This document shows positions 29,610 to 45,500 of a stretch of 64,000 bases of DNA, piece by piece (the stretch's first letter is position 1; the number at the start of each line of letters is the position of its first letter). The position numbers were made by a program, and so were the translations under genes. A model generated the notes under the pieces. That model had not been told where the DNA came from. It searched no databases and was given only the letters and a program-made list of their open reading frames with translations. Source of the DNA: Eledone cirrhosa (Eukaryota); contig OZ024743.1 in the NCBI GenBank assembly GCA_964016885.1, forward strand, positions 137,144,001 to 137,208,000, written 5' to 3'.

Positions 29610-32600
29610 GCACGAAGCACCAAACACCAAGCACCAAACACCAAACACTTAACACCAAGCACCAAGCACCAAGCACCAAACACCAAGCACCAAACACCAA
29701 ACACCAAGCACCAAGTATCAAACACCAAGCACCAAGCACCAAACACCAAGCAACAAGCACCAATCACCAAACAGCAAGAACCAAGCACTAAACACCAACT
29801 ACCAAGCACCAAGTACATACACCAAGCACCAAACACCAAACACAAAACACCAAGCACCAAACACCGAGCACCAAACACCAGATACCAAGCACCAAGCACC
29901 AAACACCAAACACCAAGCACCAAGCAGCAAACACCAAACAACAAGCACCAGGCACAAAGCACCATACACCAAACACCAAGCAGCAAGGACCAAACACCAA
30001 ACACCAAGCACGCAGCATCAAACACCAAGCACCAAGCACCAAGCACCAAGCAACAAACACCAAGCACCAAGCACCAAGTACCAAACACCAACCACCAAGC
30101 ACCAAGCACCAAACACCAAGCACCAAGCACCAAGCACGAAACACCAGGCACCAAGCACCAAGCACCAAACACCAAGCACCAAACACCAAACACCAAGCAC
30201 CAAGTATCAAACACCAAGCACCAAGCACCAAACACCATGCAGCAAGCACCAATCACCAAACACCAAGAACCAAGCACCAAACACCAACCACCAAGCACCA
30301 AGTAAATACACCAAGCACCAAACACCAAACACAAAACACCAAGCACCAAGCACCAAGCACCAAACACCAAGCCCCAAGCACCAAGCACCAAACACCAAAC
30401 ACCAAGCACCAAGCACCAAACACCAAGCACCAAGCACCAATCACAAAGAATGAAACAACAAGCAGCAAGCAGCAAGCACCAAACACCAAACACCAAGCAC
30501 CAAACACCAAGCACCAAGCACCAAGGACCCAACATGAAACACCAAGCCCCAAGCACCAAACACCAAACACCAAGCACCAACACCAAGCACCAAGCACCGA
30601 ACACCAAGCCCCAAACACCAGGCACCAAACACCAAGCACCAAACACCAAACACTAAGTCCCACGCACCAAGCACCAAACACCAAACAGCAAGCACCAAGC
30701 ACCAAACACCAAGCACCAAGCACCAAGCCCCTAGCACCAAACACCAAACACCAAGCACCAAGCACAAAACACTAAGCACCAATCACCAAGCACCAAACAC
30801 CAAGCAGCAAGCAGCAAGCACCAAACACCAAAACCAAGCACCAAGCACCAAACACCAAACACCAAGCACCAAGCACTAAACATCAAACACCAAGCACTAA
30901 GCACCAAACACCTAACACCAAGCACCAAGCACCAAGCACGAAGCACCAAACACCAAGCACCAATCACCAAACACCAAGCACGAAGCACCAAACACCAAGC
31001 ACCAGGCACCAAGCACCAAACACCAAGCACCAAGCACCAAACACCAAGCACCAAGACCGAAGCACCAAACACCAAGCACCAAACACCAAGCACCAAACAC
31101 CAAACACAAAACACCAAGCACCAAGCAGCAAGCACCAAACACCAAACACCAAGCACCAAGCACCAAACACCAAACACCAAGCACCAAGGACCAAACATCA
31201 AACACCAAGCACCAAGCACCAAACACCTAACACCAAGCACCAAGCACCAAGCCCCAAACACCAAGCACCAAGCAAAAAAAAAAAGCACCAAGCACCAAGC
31301 ACCAAACACCAAGCACCAAGCACCAAACACCAAACCCCAAGCACCAAACACCAAACCGCAAGCACCAAGCACCAAACACTAATCACCAAGCACCAAGCAC
31401 CAAGCATCAAACACCAAACACCAAGTACCAAGCACCAAACACCAAGCACCAAGCAGCAAACAGCAAACAACAAGCACCAGGCACAAAGCACCATACACCA
31501 AACACCAAGCAGCAAGCACCAAACACCAAACACCAAGCACGCAGCATCAAACACCAAGCACCAAGCACCAAGCACCAAGCAACAAACACCAAGCACCAAG
31601 CACCAAGTACCAAACACCAACCACCAAGCACCAAACACCAAACACCAAGCACCAAGCACCAAGCACGAAACACCAGGCACCAAGCACCAAGCACCAAACA
31701 CCAAACACCAAGCACCAAACACCAAGCAGCAAGCACCAATCACCAAACACCAAGAACCAAGCACCAAACACCAACTACCAAGCACCAAGTACATACACCA
31801 AGCACCAAACACCAAACACAAAACACCAAGCACCAAACACCGAGCACCAAACACCAGATACCAAGCACCAAGCACCAAACACCAAGCACCAAACACCAAG
31901 CACCAAACACCAAACACTTAACACCAAGCACCAAGCACCAAGCACCAAACACCAAGCACCAAACACCAAACACCAAGCACCAAGTATCAAACACCAAGCA
32001 CCAAGCACCAAACACCAAGCAACAAGCACCAATCACCAAACAGCAAGAACCAAGCACTAAACACCAACTACCAAGCACCAAGTACATACACCAAGCACCA
32101 AACACCAAACACAAAACACCAAGCACCAAACACCGAGCACCAAACACCAGATACCAAGCACCAAGCACCAAACACCAAACACCAAGCACCAAGCAGCAAA
32201 CACCAAACAACAAGCACCAGGCACAAAGCACCATACACCAAACACCAAGCAGCAAGGACCAAACACCAAACACCAAGCACGCAGCATCAAACACCAAGCA
32301 CCAAGCACCAAGCACCAAGCAACAAACACCAAGCACCAAGCACCAAGTACCAAACACCAACCACCAAGCACCAAGCACCAAACACCAAGCACCAAGCACC
32401 AAGCACGAAACACCAGGCACCAAGCACCAAGCACCAAACACCAAGCACCAAACACCAAACACCAAGCACCAAGTATCAAACACCAAGCACCAAGCACCAA
32501 ACACCAAGCAGCAAGCACCAATCACCAAACACCAAGAACCAAGCACCAAACACCAACCACCAAGCACCAAGTAAATACACCAAGCACCAAACACCAAACA

Positions 32601-34150
32601 CAAAACACCAAGCACCAAGCACCAAGCACCAAACACCAAGCCCCAAGCACCAAGCACCAAACACCAAACACCAAGCACCAAGCACCAAACACCAAGCACC
32701 AAGCACCAATCACAAAGAATGAAACAACAAGCAGCAAGCAGCAAGCACCAAACACCAAACACCAAGCACCAAACACCAAGCACCAAGCACCAAGGACCCA
32801 ACATGAAACACCAAGCCCCAAGCACCAAACACCAAACACCAAGCACCAACACCAAGCACCAAGCACCGAACACCAAGCCCCAAACACCAGGCACCAAACA
32901 CCAAGCACCAAACACCAAACACTAAGTCCCACGCACCAAGCACCAAACACCAAACAGCAAGCACCAAGCACCAAACACCAAGCACCAATCACCAAGCCCC
33001 TAGCACCAAACACCAAACACCAAGCACCAAGCACAAAACACTAAGCACCAATCACCAAGCACCAAACACCAAGCAGCAAGCAGCAAGCACCAAACACCAA
33101 AACCAAGCACCAAGCACCAAACACCAAACACCAAGCACCAAGCACTAAACATCAAACACCAAGCACTAAGCACCAAACACCTAACACCAAGCACCAAGCA
33201 CCAAGCACGAAGCACCAAACACCAAGCACCAATCACCAAACACCAAGCACGAAGCACCAAACACCAAGCACCAGGCACCAAGCACCAAACACCAAGCACC
33301 AAGCACCAAACACCAAGCACCAAGACCGAAGCACCAAACACCAAGCACCAAACACCAAGCACCAAACACCAAACACAAAACACCAAGCACCAAGCAGCAA
33401 GCACCAAACACCAAACACCAAGCACCAAGCACCAAACACCAAACACCAAGCACCAAGGACCAAACATCAAACACCAAGCACCAAGCACCAAACACCTAAC
33501 ACCAAGCACCAAGCACCAAGCCCCAAACACCAAGCACCAAGCAAAAAAAAAAAGCACCAAGCACCAAGCACCAAACACCAAGCACCAAGCACCAAACACC
33601 AAACCCCAAGCACCAAACACCAAACCGCAAGCACCAAGCACCAAACACTAATCACCAAGCACCAAGCACCAAGCATCAAACACCAAACACCAAGTACCAA
33701 GCACCAAACACCAAGCACCAAGCAGCAAACAGCAAACAACAAGCACCAGGCACAAAGCACCATACACCAAACACCAAGCAGCAAGCACCAAACACCAAAC
33801 ACCAAGCACGCAGCATCAAACACCAAGCACCAAGCACCAAGCACCAAGCAACAAACACCAAGCACCAAGCACCAAGTACCAAACACCAACCACCAAGCAC
33901 CAAACACCAAACACCAAGCACCAAGCACCAAGCACGAAACACCAGGCACCAAGCACCAAGCACCAAACACCAAACACCAAGCACCAAACACCAAGCAGCA
34001 AGCACCAATCACCAAACACCAAGAACCAAGCACCAAACACCAACTACCAAGCACCAAGTACATACACCAAGCACCAAACACCAAACACAAAACACCAAGC
34101 ACCAAACACCGAGCACCAAACACCAGATACCAAGCACCAAGCACCAAACA
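29610..34150 (+). repeat. 2,269-bp tandem duplication
   Basis: CACTTAA 29646/31915, TCACAAAGAATGAAA 30441/32710, CCCCTAG 30728/32997, poly-A 31274/33543. Confidence 0.92.
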
Positions 34151-35799
34151 CCAAACACCAAGCACCAAGCAGCAAACACCAAACAACAAGCACCAGGCAC
34201 AAAGCACCATACACCAAACACCAAGCAGCAAGCACCAAACACCAAACACCAAGCACGCAGCATCAAACACCAAGCACCAAGCACCAAGCACCAAGCAACA
34301 AACACCAAGCACCAAGCACCAAGTACCAAACACCAACCATCAAGCACCAAACACAAAACACCAAGCACCAAGCACCAAGCACGAAACACCAGGCACCAAG
34401 CACCAAGCACCAAACACCAAGCACCAAACACCAAACACCAAGCACCAAGTATCAAACACCAAGCACCAATCACCAAACACCAAGAACCAAGCACCAAACA
34501 CCAACCACCAAGCACCAAGTACATACACCAAGCACCAAACACCAAACACAAAACACCAAGCACCAAGCACCAAGCACCAAACACCAAGCCCCAAGCACCA
34601 AGCACCAAACACCAAACACCAAGCACCAAGCACCAAACACCAAGCACCAAGCACCAAACACCAAGCACCAAGCACCAAGGACCCAACATGAAACACCAAG
34701 CCCCAAGCACCAAACACCAAACAGCAAGCACCAAGCACCAAACACCCAGCACCAAGCACCAAGCCCCTAGCACCAGACACCAAACACCAAGCACCAAGCA
34801 CAAAACACTAAGCACCAATCACCAAGCACCAAACACCAAGCAGCAAGCAGCAAGCACCAAACACCAAAACCAAGCACCAAGCACCAAACACCAAACACCA
34901 AGCACCAAGCACTAAACATCAAACACCAAGCACCAAGCACCAAACACCTAACACCAAGCACGAAGCACCAAGCACGATGCACCAAACACCAAGCACCAAT
35001 CACCAAACACCAAGCACCAAGCACCAAACACCAAGCACCAGGCACCAAGCACCAAACACCAAGCACCAAGCACCAAACACCAAGCACCAAGACCGAAGCA
35101 GCAAACACCAAGCACCAAACACCAAGCACCAAACACCAAACACAAAACACCAAGCACCAAGCAGCAAGCACCAAACACCAAACACCAAGCACCAAGCACC
35201 AGACACCAAACACCAAGCACCAAGGACCAAACATCAAACACCAAGCACCAAGCACCAAACACCTAACACCAAGCACCAAGCACCAAGCCCCAAACACCAA
35301 GCACCAAGCAAAAAAAAAAGCACCAAGCACCAAGCACCAAACACCAAGCACCAAGCACCAAACACCAAACCCCAAGCACCAAAGACCAAACCGCAAGCAC
35401 CAAGCACCAAACACTAATCACCAAGCACCAAGCACCAAGCACCAAGCATCAAACACCAAACACCAAGCACCAAGCACCAAACACCAAGCACCAAGCAGCA
35501 AACACCAAACAACAAGCACCAGGCACAAAGCACCATACACCAAACACCAAGCAGCAAGCACCAAACACCAAACACCAAGCACGCAGCATCAAACACCAAG
35601 CACCAAGCACCAAACACCAAGCACCAAACACCAAACACCAAGCACCAAGCACCAAACTCCAAACAACAAGCACCAGGCACCAAGCACCAAGCACCAAGCA
35701 ACAAACACCAAGCACCAAGCACCAAGTACCAAACACCAACCACCAAGCACCAAACACCAAACACCAAGCACCAAGCACCAAGCACGAAACACCAAGCAC

Positions 35800-38700
35800 C
35801 AAGCACCAAACACCAAACACCAAACACCAAGCACCAAGCACCAAACAGCAAGCACCAAGCACCAAGCACCAAGCACAAATTAGCAAACACCAAGCACCAA
35901 GGACCAAACATCAAACACCAAGCACCAAGCACCAAACACCAAACACCAATCACCAAGCACCAAGCACAAAGCACCGAACACCAAGCACCAAACACCAAGC
36001 ACCAAACACCAAGCATCAAACAGCAAGCACCAGGCACCAAGCACCAAACACCAAGCACCATGCACCAAACACCAAGCACCAAGCACGAAGCACCAAACAC
36101 CAAGCACCAAACACCAAACACTTAACACCAAGCACCAAGCACCAAGCACCAAACACCAAGCACCAAACACCAAACACCAAGCACCAAGTATCAAACACCA
36201 AGCACCAAGCACCAAACACCAAGCGGCAAGCACCAATCACCAAACACCAAGAACCAAGCACCAAACACCAACTACCAAGCACCAAGTACATACACCAAGC
36301 ACCAAACACCAAACACAAAACACCAAGCACCAAACACCGAGCACCAAACACCAGATACCAAGCACCAAGCACCAAACACCAAACACCAAGCACCAAGCAG
36401 CAAACACCAAACAACAAGCACCAGGCACAAAGCACCATACACCAAACACCAAGCAGCAAGCACCAAACACCAAACACCAAGCACGCAGCATCAAACACCA
36501 AGCACCAAGCACCAAGCACCAAGCAACAAACACCAAGCACCAAGCACCAAGTACCAAACACCAACCATCAAGCACCAAACACAAAACACCAAGCACCAAG
36601 CACCAAGCACGAAACACCAGGCACCAAGCACCAAGCACCAAACACCAAGCACCAAACACCAAACACCAAGCACCAAGTATCAAACACCAAGCACCAACCA
36701 CCAAACACCAAGCAGCAAGCACCAATCACCAAACACCAAGAACCAAGCACCAAACACCAACCACCAAGCACCAAGTACATACACCAAGCACCAAACACCA
36801 AACACAAAACACCAAGCACCAAGCACCAAGCACCAAACACCAAGCCCCAAGCACCAAGCACCAAACACCAAACACCAAGCACCAAGCACCAAACACCAAG
36901 CACCAAGCACCAAACACCAAGCACCAAGCACCAAGGACCCAACATGAAACACCAAGCCCCAAGCACCAAACACCAAACAGCAAGCACCAAGCACCAAACA
37001 CCCAGCACCAAGCACCAAGCCCCTAGCACCAAACACCAAACACCAAGCACCAAGCACAAAACACTAAGCACCAATCACCAAGCACCAAACACCAAGCAGC
37101 AAGCAGCAAGCACCAAACACCAAAACCAAGCACCAAGCACCAAACACCAAACACCAAGCACCAAGCACTAAACATCAAACACCAAGCACCAAGCACCAAA
37201 CACCTAACACCAAGAATGAAGCACCAAGCACGATGCACCAAACACCAAGCACCAATCACCAAACACCAAGCACCAAGCACCAAACACCAAGCACCAGGCA
37301 CCAAGCACCAAACACCAAGCACCAAGCACCAAACACCAAGCACCAAGACCGAAGCAGCAAACACCAAGCACCAAACACCAAGCACCAAACACCAAACACA
37401 AAACACCAAGCACCAAGCAGCAAGCACCAAACACCAAACACCAAGCACCAAGCACCAGACACCAAATACCAAGCACCAAGGACCAAACATCAAACACCAA
37501 GCACCAAGCACCAAACACCTAACACCAAGCACCAAGCACCAAGCCTCAAACACCAAGCACCAAGCAAAAAAAAAAAGCACCAAGCACCAAGCACCAAACA
37601 CCAAGCACCAAGCACCAAACACCAAACCCCAAGCACCAAACACCAAACCGCAGCACCAAGCACCAAACACTAATCACCAAGCACCAAACACCAAGCACCA
37701 AGCATCAAACACCAAACACCAAGCACCAAGCACCAAACACCAAGCACCAAGCAGCAAACACCAAACAACAAGCACCAGGCACAAAGCACCATACACCAAA
37801 CACCAAGCAGCAAGCACCAAACACCAAACACCAAGCACGCAGCATCAAACACCAAGCACCAAGCACCAAACACCAAGCACCAAACACCAAACACCAAGCA
37901 CCAAGCACCAAACTCCAAACAACAAGCACCAGGCACCAAGCACCAAACACCAAGCACCAAGCACCAAACACCAAACACCAAGCACGCAGCATCAAACACC
38001 AAACAGCAAGCACCAATCACCAAGCACCAAGTACCAAACACCAACCACCAAGCACCAAACACCAAACACCAAGCACCAAGCACCAAACAGCAAGCACCAA
38101 GCACCAAGCACCAAGCACAAATTAGCAAACACCAAGCACCAAGGACCAAACATCAAACACCAAGCACCAAGCACCAAACACCAAACACCAATCACCAAGC
38201 ACCAAGCACAAAGCACCGAACACCAAGCACCAAACACCAAGCACCAAACACCAAGCATCAAACAGCAAGCACCAGGCACCAAGCACCAAACACCAAGCAC
38301 CATGCACCAAACACCAAGCACCAAGCACGAAGCACCAAACACCAAGCACCAAACACCAAACACTTAACACCAAGCACCAAGCACCAAGCACCAAACACCA
38401 AGCACCAAACACCAAACACCAAGCACCAAGTATCAAACACCAAGCACCAAGCACCAAACACCAAGCAGCAAGCACCAATCACCAAACACCAAGAACCAAG
38501 CACCAAACACCAACTACCAAGCACCAAGTACATACACCAAGCACCAAACACCAAACACAAAACACCAAGCACCAAACACCGAGCACCAAACACCAGATAC
38601 CAAGCACCAAGCACCAAACACCAAACACCAAGCACCAAGCAGCAAACACCAAACAACAAGCACCAGGCACAAAGCACCATACACCAAACACCAAGCAGCA

Positions 38701-41700
38701 AGCACCAAACACCAAACACCAAGCACGCAGCATCAAACACCAAGCACCAAGCACCAAGCACCAAGCAACAAACACCAAGCACCAAGCACCAAGTACCAAA
38801 CACCAACCATCAAGCACCAAACACAAAACACCAAGCACCAAGCACCAAGCACGAAACACCAGGCACCAAGCACCAAGCACCAAACACCAAGCACCAAACA
38901 CCAAACACCAAGCACCAAGTATCAAACACCAAGCACCAACCACCAAACACCAAGCAGCAAGCACCAATCACCAAACACCAAGAACCAAGCACCAAACACC
39001 AACCACCAAGCACCAAGTACATACACCAAGCACCAAACACCAAACACAAAACACCAAGCACCAAGCACCAAGCACCAAACACCAAGCCCCAAGCACCAAG
39101 CACCAAACACCAAACACCAAGCACCAAGCACCAAACACCAAGCACCAAGCACCAAACACCAAGCACCAAGCACCAAGGACCCAACATGAAACACCAAGCC
39201 CCAAGCACCAAACACCAAACAGCAAGCACCAAGCACCAAACACCCAGCACCAAGCACCAAGCCCCTAGCACCAAACACCAAACACCAAGCACCAAGCACA
39301 AAACACTAAGCACCAATCACCAAGCACCAAACACCAAGCAGCAAGCAGCAAGCACCAAACACCAAAACCAAGCACCAAGCACCAAACACCAAACACCAAG
39401 CACCAAGCACTAAACATCAAACACCAAGCACCAAGCACCAAACACCTAACACCAAGAATGAAGCACCAAGCACGATGCACCAAACACCAAGCACCAATCA
39501 CCAAACACCAAGCACCAAGCACCAAACACCAAGCACCAGGCACCAAGCACCAAACACCAAGCACCAAGCACCAAACACCAAGCACCAAGACCGAAGCAGC
39601 AAACACCAAGCACCAAACACCAAGCACCAAACACCAAACACAAAACACCAAGCACCAAGCAGCAAGCACCAAACACCAAACACCAAGCACCAAGCACCAG
39701 ACACCAAACACCAAGCACCAAGGACCAAACATCAAACACCAAGCACCAAGCACCAAACACCTAACACCAAGCACCAAGCACCAAGCCTCAAACACCAAGC
39801 ACCAAGCAAAAAAAAAAAGCACCAAGCACCAAGCACCAAACACCAAGCACCAAGCACCAAACACCAAACCCCAAGCACCAAACACCAAACCGCAGCACCA
39901 AGCACCAAACACTAATCACCAAGCACCAAGCACCAAGCACCAAGCATCAAACACCAAACACCAAGCACCAAGCACCAAACACCAAGCACCAAGCAGCAAA
40001 CACCAAACAACAAGCACCAGGCACAAAGCACCATACACCAAACACCAAGCAGCAAGCACCAAACACCAAACACCAAGCACGCAGCATCAAACACCAAGCA
40101 CCAAGCACCAAACACCAAGCACCAAACACCAAACACCAAGCACCAAGCACCAAACTCCAAACAACAAGCACCAGGCACCAAGCACCAAACACCAAGCACC
40201 AAGCACCAAACACCAAACACCAAGCACGCAGCATCAAACACCAAACAGCAAGCACCAATCACCAAGCACCAAGTACCAAACACCAACCACCAGCACCAAA
40301 CACCAAACACCAAGCACCAAGCACCAAACAGCAAGCACCAAGCACCAAGCACCAAGCACAAATTAGCAAACACCAAGCACCAAGGACCAAACATCAAACA
40401 CCAAGCACCAAGCACCAAACACCAAACACCAATCACCAAGCACCAAGCACAAAGCACCGAACACCAAGCACCAAACACCAAGCACCAAACACCAAGCATC
40501 AAACACCAAGCACCAGGCACCAAGCACCAAACACCAAGCACCATGCACCAAACACCAAGCACCAAGCACGAAGCACCAAACACCAAGCACCAAACACCAA
40601 ACACTTAACACCAAGCACCAAGCACCAAGCACCAAACACCAAGCACCAAACACCAAACACCAAGCACCAAGTATCAAACACCAAGCACCAAGCACCAAAC
40701 ACCAAGCAGCAAGCACCAATCACCAAACACCAAGAACCAAGCACCAAACACCAACTACCAAGCACCAAGTACATACACCAAGCACCAAACACCAAACACA
40801 AAACACCAAGCACCAAACACCGAGCACCAAACACCAGATACCAAGCACCAAGCACCAAACACCAAACACCAAGCACCAAGCAGCAAACACCAAACAACAA
40901 GCACCAGGCACAAAGCACCATACACCAAACACCAAGCAGCAAGCACCAAACACCAAACACCAAGCACGCAGCATCAAACACCAAGCACCAAGCACCAAGC
41001 ACCAAGCAACAAACACCAAGCACCAAGCACCAAGTACCAAACACCAACCATCAAGCACCAAACACAAAACACCAAGCACCAAGCACCAAGCACGAAACAC
41101 CAGGCACCAAGCACCAAGCACCAAACACCAAGCACCAAACACCAAACACCAAGCACCAAGTATCAAACACCAAGCACCAACCACCAAACACCAAGCAGCA
41201 AGCACCAATCACCAAACACCAAGAACCAAGCACCAAACACCAACCACCAAGCACCAAGTACATACACCAAGCACCAAACACCAAACACAAAACACCAAGC
41301 ACCAAGCACCAAGCACCAAACACCAAGCCCCAAGCACCAAGCACCAAACACCAAACACCAAGCACCAAGCACCAAACACCTAGCACCAAGCACCAAACAC
41401 CAAGCACCAAGCACCAAGGACCCAACATGAAACACCAAGCCCCAAGCACCAAACACCAAACAGCAAGCACCAAGCACCAAACACCCAGCACCAAGCACCA
41501 AGCCCCTAGCACCAAACACCAAACACCAAGCACCAAGCACAAAACACTAAGCACCAATCACCAAGCACCAAACACCAAGCAGCAAGCAGCAAGCACCAAA
41601 CACCAAAACCAAGCACCAAGCACCAAACACCAAACACCAAGCACCAAGCACTAAACATCAAACACCAAGCACCAAGCACCAAACACCTAACACCAAGAAC

Positions 41701-42530
41701 GAAGCACCAAGCACGATGCACCAAACACCAAGCACCAATCACCAAACACCAAGCACCAAGCACCAAACACCAAGCACCAGGCACCAAGCACCAAACACCA
41801 AGCACCAAGCACCAAACACCAAGCACCAAGACCGAAGCAGCAAACACCAAGCACCAAACACCAAGCACCAAACACCAAACACAAAACACCAAGCACCAAG
41901 CAGCAAGCACCAAACACCAAACACCAAGCACCAAGCACCAGACACCAAACACCAAGCACCAAGGACCAAACATCAAACACCAAGCACCAAGCACCAAACA
42001 CCTAACACCAAGCACCAAGCACCAAGCCCCAAACACCAAGCACCAAGCAAAAAAAAAAAGCACCAAGCACCAAGCACCAAACACCAAGCACCAAGCACCA
42101 AACACCAAACCCCAAGCACCAAACACCAAACCGCAGCACCAAGCACCAAACACTAATCACCAAGCACCAAGCACCAAGCACCAAGCATCAAACACCAAAC
42201 ACCAAGCACCAAGCACCAAACACCAAGCACCAAGCAGCAAACACCAAACAACAAGCACCAGGCACAAAGCACCATACACCAAACACCAAGCAGCAAGCAC
42301 CAAACACCAAACACCAAGCACGCAGCATCAAACACCGAGCACCAAGCACCAAACACCAAGCACCAAACACCAAACACCAAGCACCAAGCACCAAACTCCA
42401 AACAACAAGCACCAGGCACCAAGAACCAAACACCAAGCACCAAGCACCAAACACCAAACACCAAGCACGCAGCATCAAACACCAAACAGCAAGCACCAAT
42501 CACCAAGCACCAAGTACCAAACACCAACCA
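35800..42530 (+). repeat. Three tandem copies of a 2,241-2,242-bp HOR unit
   Basis: CACTTAA 36119/38361/40602, CCCCTAG 37020/39262/41503, poly-A 37566/39808/42049. Confidence 0.92.
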
Positions 42531-45500
42531 CCAAGCACCAAACACCAAACACCAAGCACCAAGCACCAAGCACGAAACACCAGGCACCAAGCACCAAGCA
42601 CCAAACACCAAACACCAAGCACCAAACACCAGCCACCAAGCACCAAGCACCAAACACCAAACACCAAGCACTAAGCACCAAACACCAAACAACAAGCAGC
42701 AGGCACCAAGCACCAAACAGCAAACACCAAGCACGCAGCACCAAACACCAAGCACCAAGCACCAAACACCAAACACCAAGCACCAAGCACCAAGCACCAA
42801 ACACCAAACACCAAACACCAAGCACCAAGAACCAAACACCAAACACCAATCAGCAAGCACCAAGCACCAAACACCAAGCACCAAACACCAAACCCCAAGC
42901 ACCATTCACCAAACACTAATCACCAAGCACCAAGCACCAAACACCAAGCACCAAGCAGCAAGCACCAAACACCAAGAACCAAGCACCAAGCACCAAGCAC
43001 CAAGCACCAAACACCAAGCACCAAGCACCAAACACCAAACACCAAACACCAAGCACCAAGCACCAAACAGCAAGCACCAATCACCAAGCACCAAACACCA
43101 AGCACCAAACACCAAGCCCCATGCACCAAGCACCAAACACCAAACACCAAGCACCAAACACCAAGCACCAAGCACCAAGCCCCTAGCACCAAACACCAAA
43201 CACCAAGCAAAAAGCACAAAACACCAAGCACCAATCACCAAGCACCAAACACCAAGCAGCAAGCAGCAAGCACCAAACACCAAACACCAAGCACCAAACA
43301 CCAAATACCAAACACCAAGCACCAAGGACCAAACATCAAACACCAAGCACCAAGCACCAAGCACAAAGCACCAAACACCAAGCACCAATCACCAAACACC
43401 AAGCACCAAGCACCAAACACCAAGCACCAGGCACCAAGCACCAAACACCAAGCACCAAGCACCAAACACCAAGCACCAAACTCAAAGCACCAAGCACCAA
43501 ACACCAAACACCAAGCACCAAGCACCAAACAGCAAGCACCAAACACCAAACAACAAACAGCAAACGCCAAACACCAAGCACCAAGCACCAAGCACCAAAC
43601 ACCAAGCACCAAGCACCAAGCACAAATTAGCAAACACCAAGCACCAAGGACCAAACATCAAACACCAAGCACCAAGCACCAAACACAAAACACCAATCAC
43701 CAAGCACCAAGCACAAAGCACCGAACACCAAGCACCAAACACCAAGCACCAAACACCAAGCATCAAACACCAAGCACCAGGCACCAAGCACCAAACACCA
43801 AGCACCATGCACCAAACACCAAGCACCAAGCACGAAGCACCAAACACCAAGCACCAAACACCAAACACTTAACACCAAGCACCAAGCACCAAGCACCAAA
43901 CACCAAGCACCAAACACCAAACACCAAGCACCAAGTATCTAACACCAAGCACCAAGCACCAAACACCAAGCAGCAAGCACCAATCACCAAACACCAAGAA
44001 CCAAGCACCAAACACCAACTACCAAGCACCAAGTACATACACCAAGCACCAAACACCAAACACAAAACACCAAGCACCAAACACCGAGCACCAAACACCA
44101 GATACCAAGCACCAAGCACCAAACACCAAACACCAAGCACCAAGCAGCAAACACCAAACAACAAGCACCAGGCACAAAGCACCATACACCAAACACCAAG
44201 CAGCAAGCACCAAACACCAAACACCAAGCACGCAGCATCAAACACCAATCACCAAGCACCAACCACCAAGCAACAAACACCAAGCACCAAGCACCAAGTA
44301 CCAAACACCAACCATCAAGCACCAAACACAAAACACCAAGCACCAAGCACCAAGCACGAGACACCAGGCACCAAGCACCAAGCACCAAACACCAAGCACC
44401 AAACACCAAACACCAAGCACCAAGTATCAAACACCAAGCACCAAGCACCAAACACCAAGCAGCAAGCACCAATCACCAAACACCAAGAACCAAGCACCAA
44501 ACACCAACCACCAAGCACCAAGTACATACACCAAGCACCAAACACCAAACACAAAACACCAAGCACCAAGCACCAAGCACCAAACACCAAGCCCCAAGCA
44601 CCAAGCAACAAACACCAAACACCAAGCACCAAGCACCAAACACCAAGCACCAAGCACCAATCACAAAGAATGAAACAACAAGCAGCAAGCAGCAAGCACC
44701 AAACACCAAACACCAAGCACCAAACACCAAGCACCAAGCTCCAAGGACCCAACATGTAACACCAAGCCCCAAGCACCAAACACCAAACACCAAGCAACAA
44801 CACCAAGCACCAAGCACCGAACACCAAGCCCCAAACACCAGGCACCAAACACCAAGCACCAAACACCAAACACTAAGTCCCACGCACCAAGCACCAAACA
44901 CCAAACAGCAAGCACCAAGCACCAAACCCCAAGCACCAAGCACCAAGCCCCTAGCACCAAACACCAAACACCAAGCACCAAGCACAAAACACTAAGCACC
45001 AATCACCAAGCACCAAACACCAAGCAGCAAGCAGCAAGCACCAAACACCAAAACCAAGCACCAAGCACCAAACACCAAACACCAAGCACCAAGCATTAAA
45101 CATCAAACACCAAGCACTAAGCACGAAACACCTAACACCAAGCACCAAGCACCAAGCACGAAGCACCAAACACCAAGCACCAATCACCAAACACCAAGCA
45201 CCAAGCACCAAACACCAAGCACCAGGCACCAAGCACCAAACACCAAGCACCAAGCACCAAACACCAAACACCAAGCACCAAGGACCAAACATCAAACACC
45301 AAGCACCAAGCACCAAACACCTAACACCAAGCACCAAGCACCAAGCCCCAAACACCAAGCACCAAGCAAAAAAAAAAAGCACCAAGCACCAAGCACCAAA
45401 CACCAAGCACCAAGCACCAAACACCAAACCCCAAGCACCAAACACCAAACCGCAAGCACCAAGCACCAAACACTAATCACCAAGCACCAAGCACCAAGCA

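Noticed and set aside
31274-31284. Poly-A tracts as retroelement tails or intrinsic terminators
   Set aside because: No element body, target-site duplication or preceding hairpin is present. The tracts are copied as part of the HOR.
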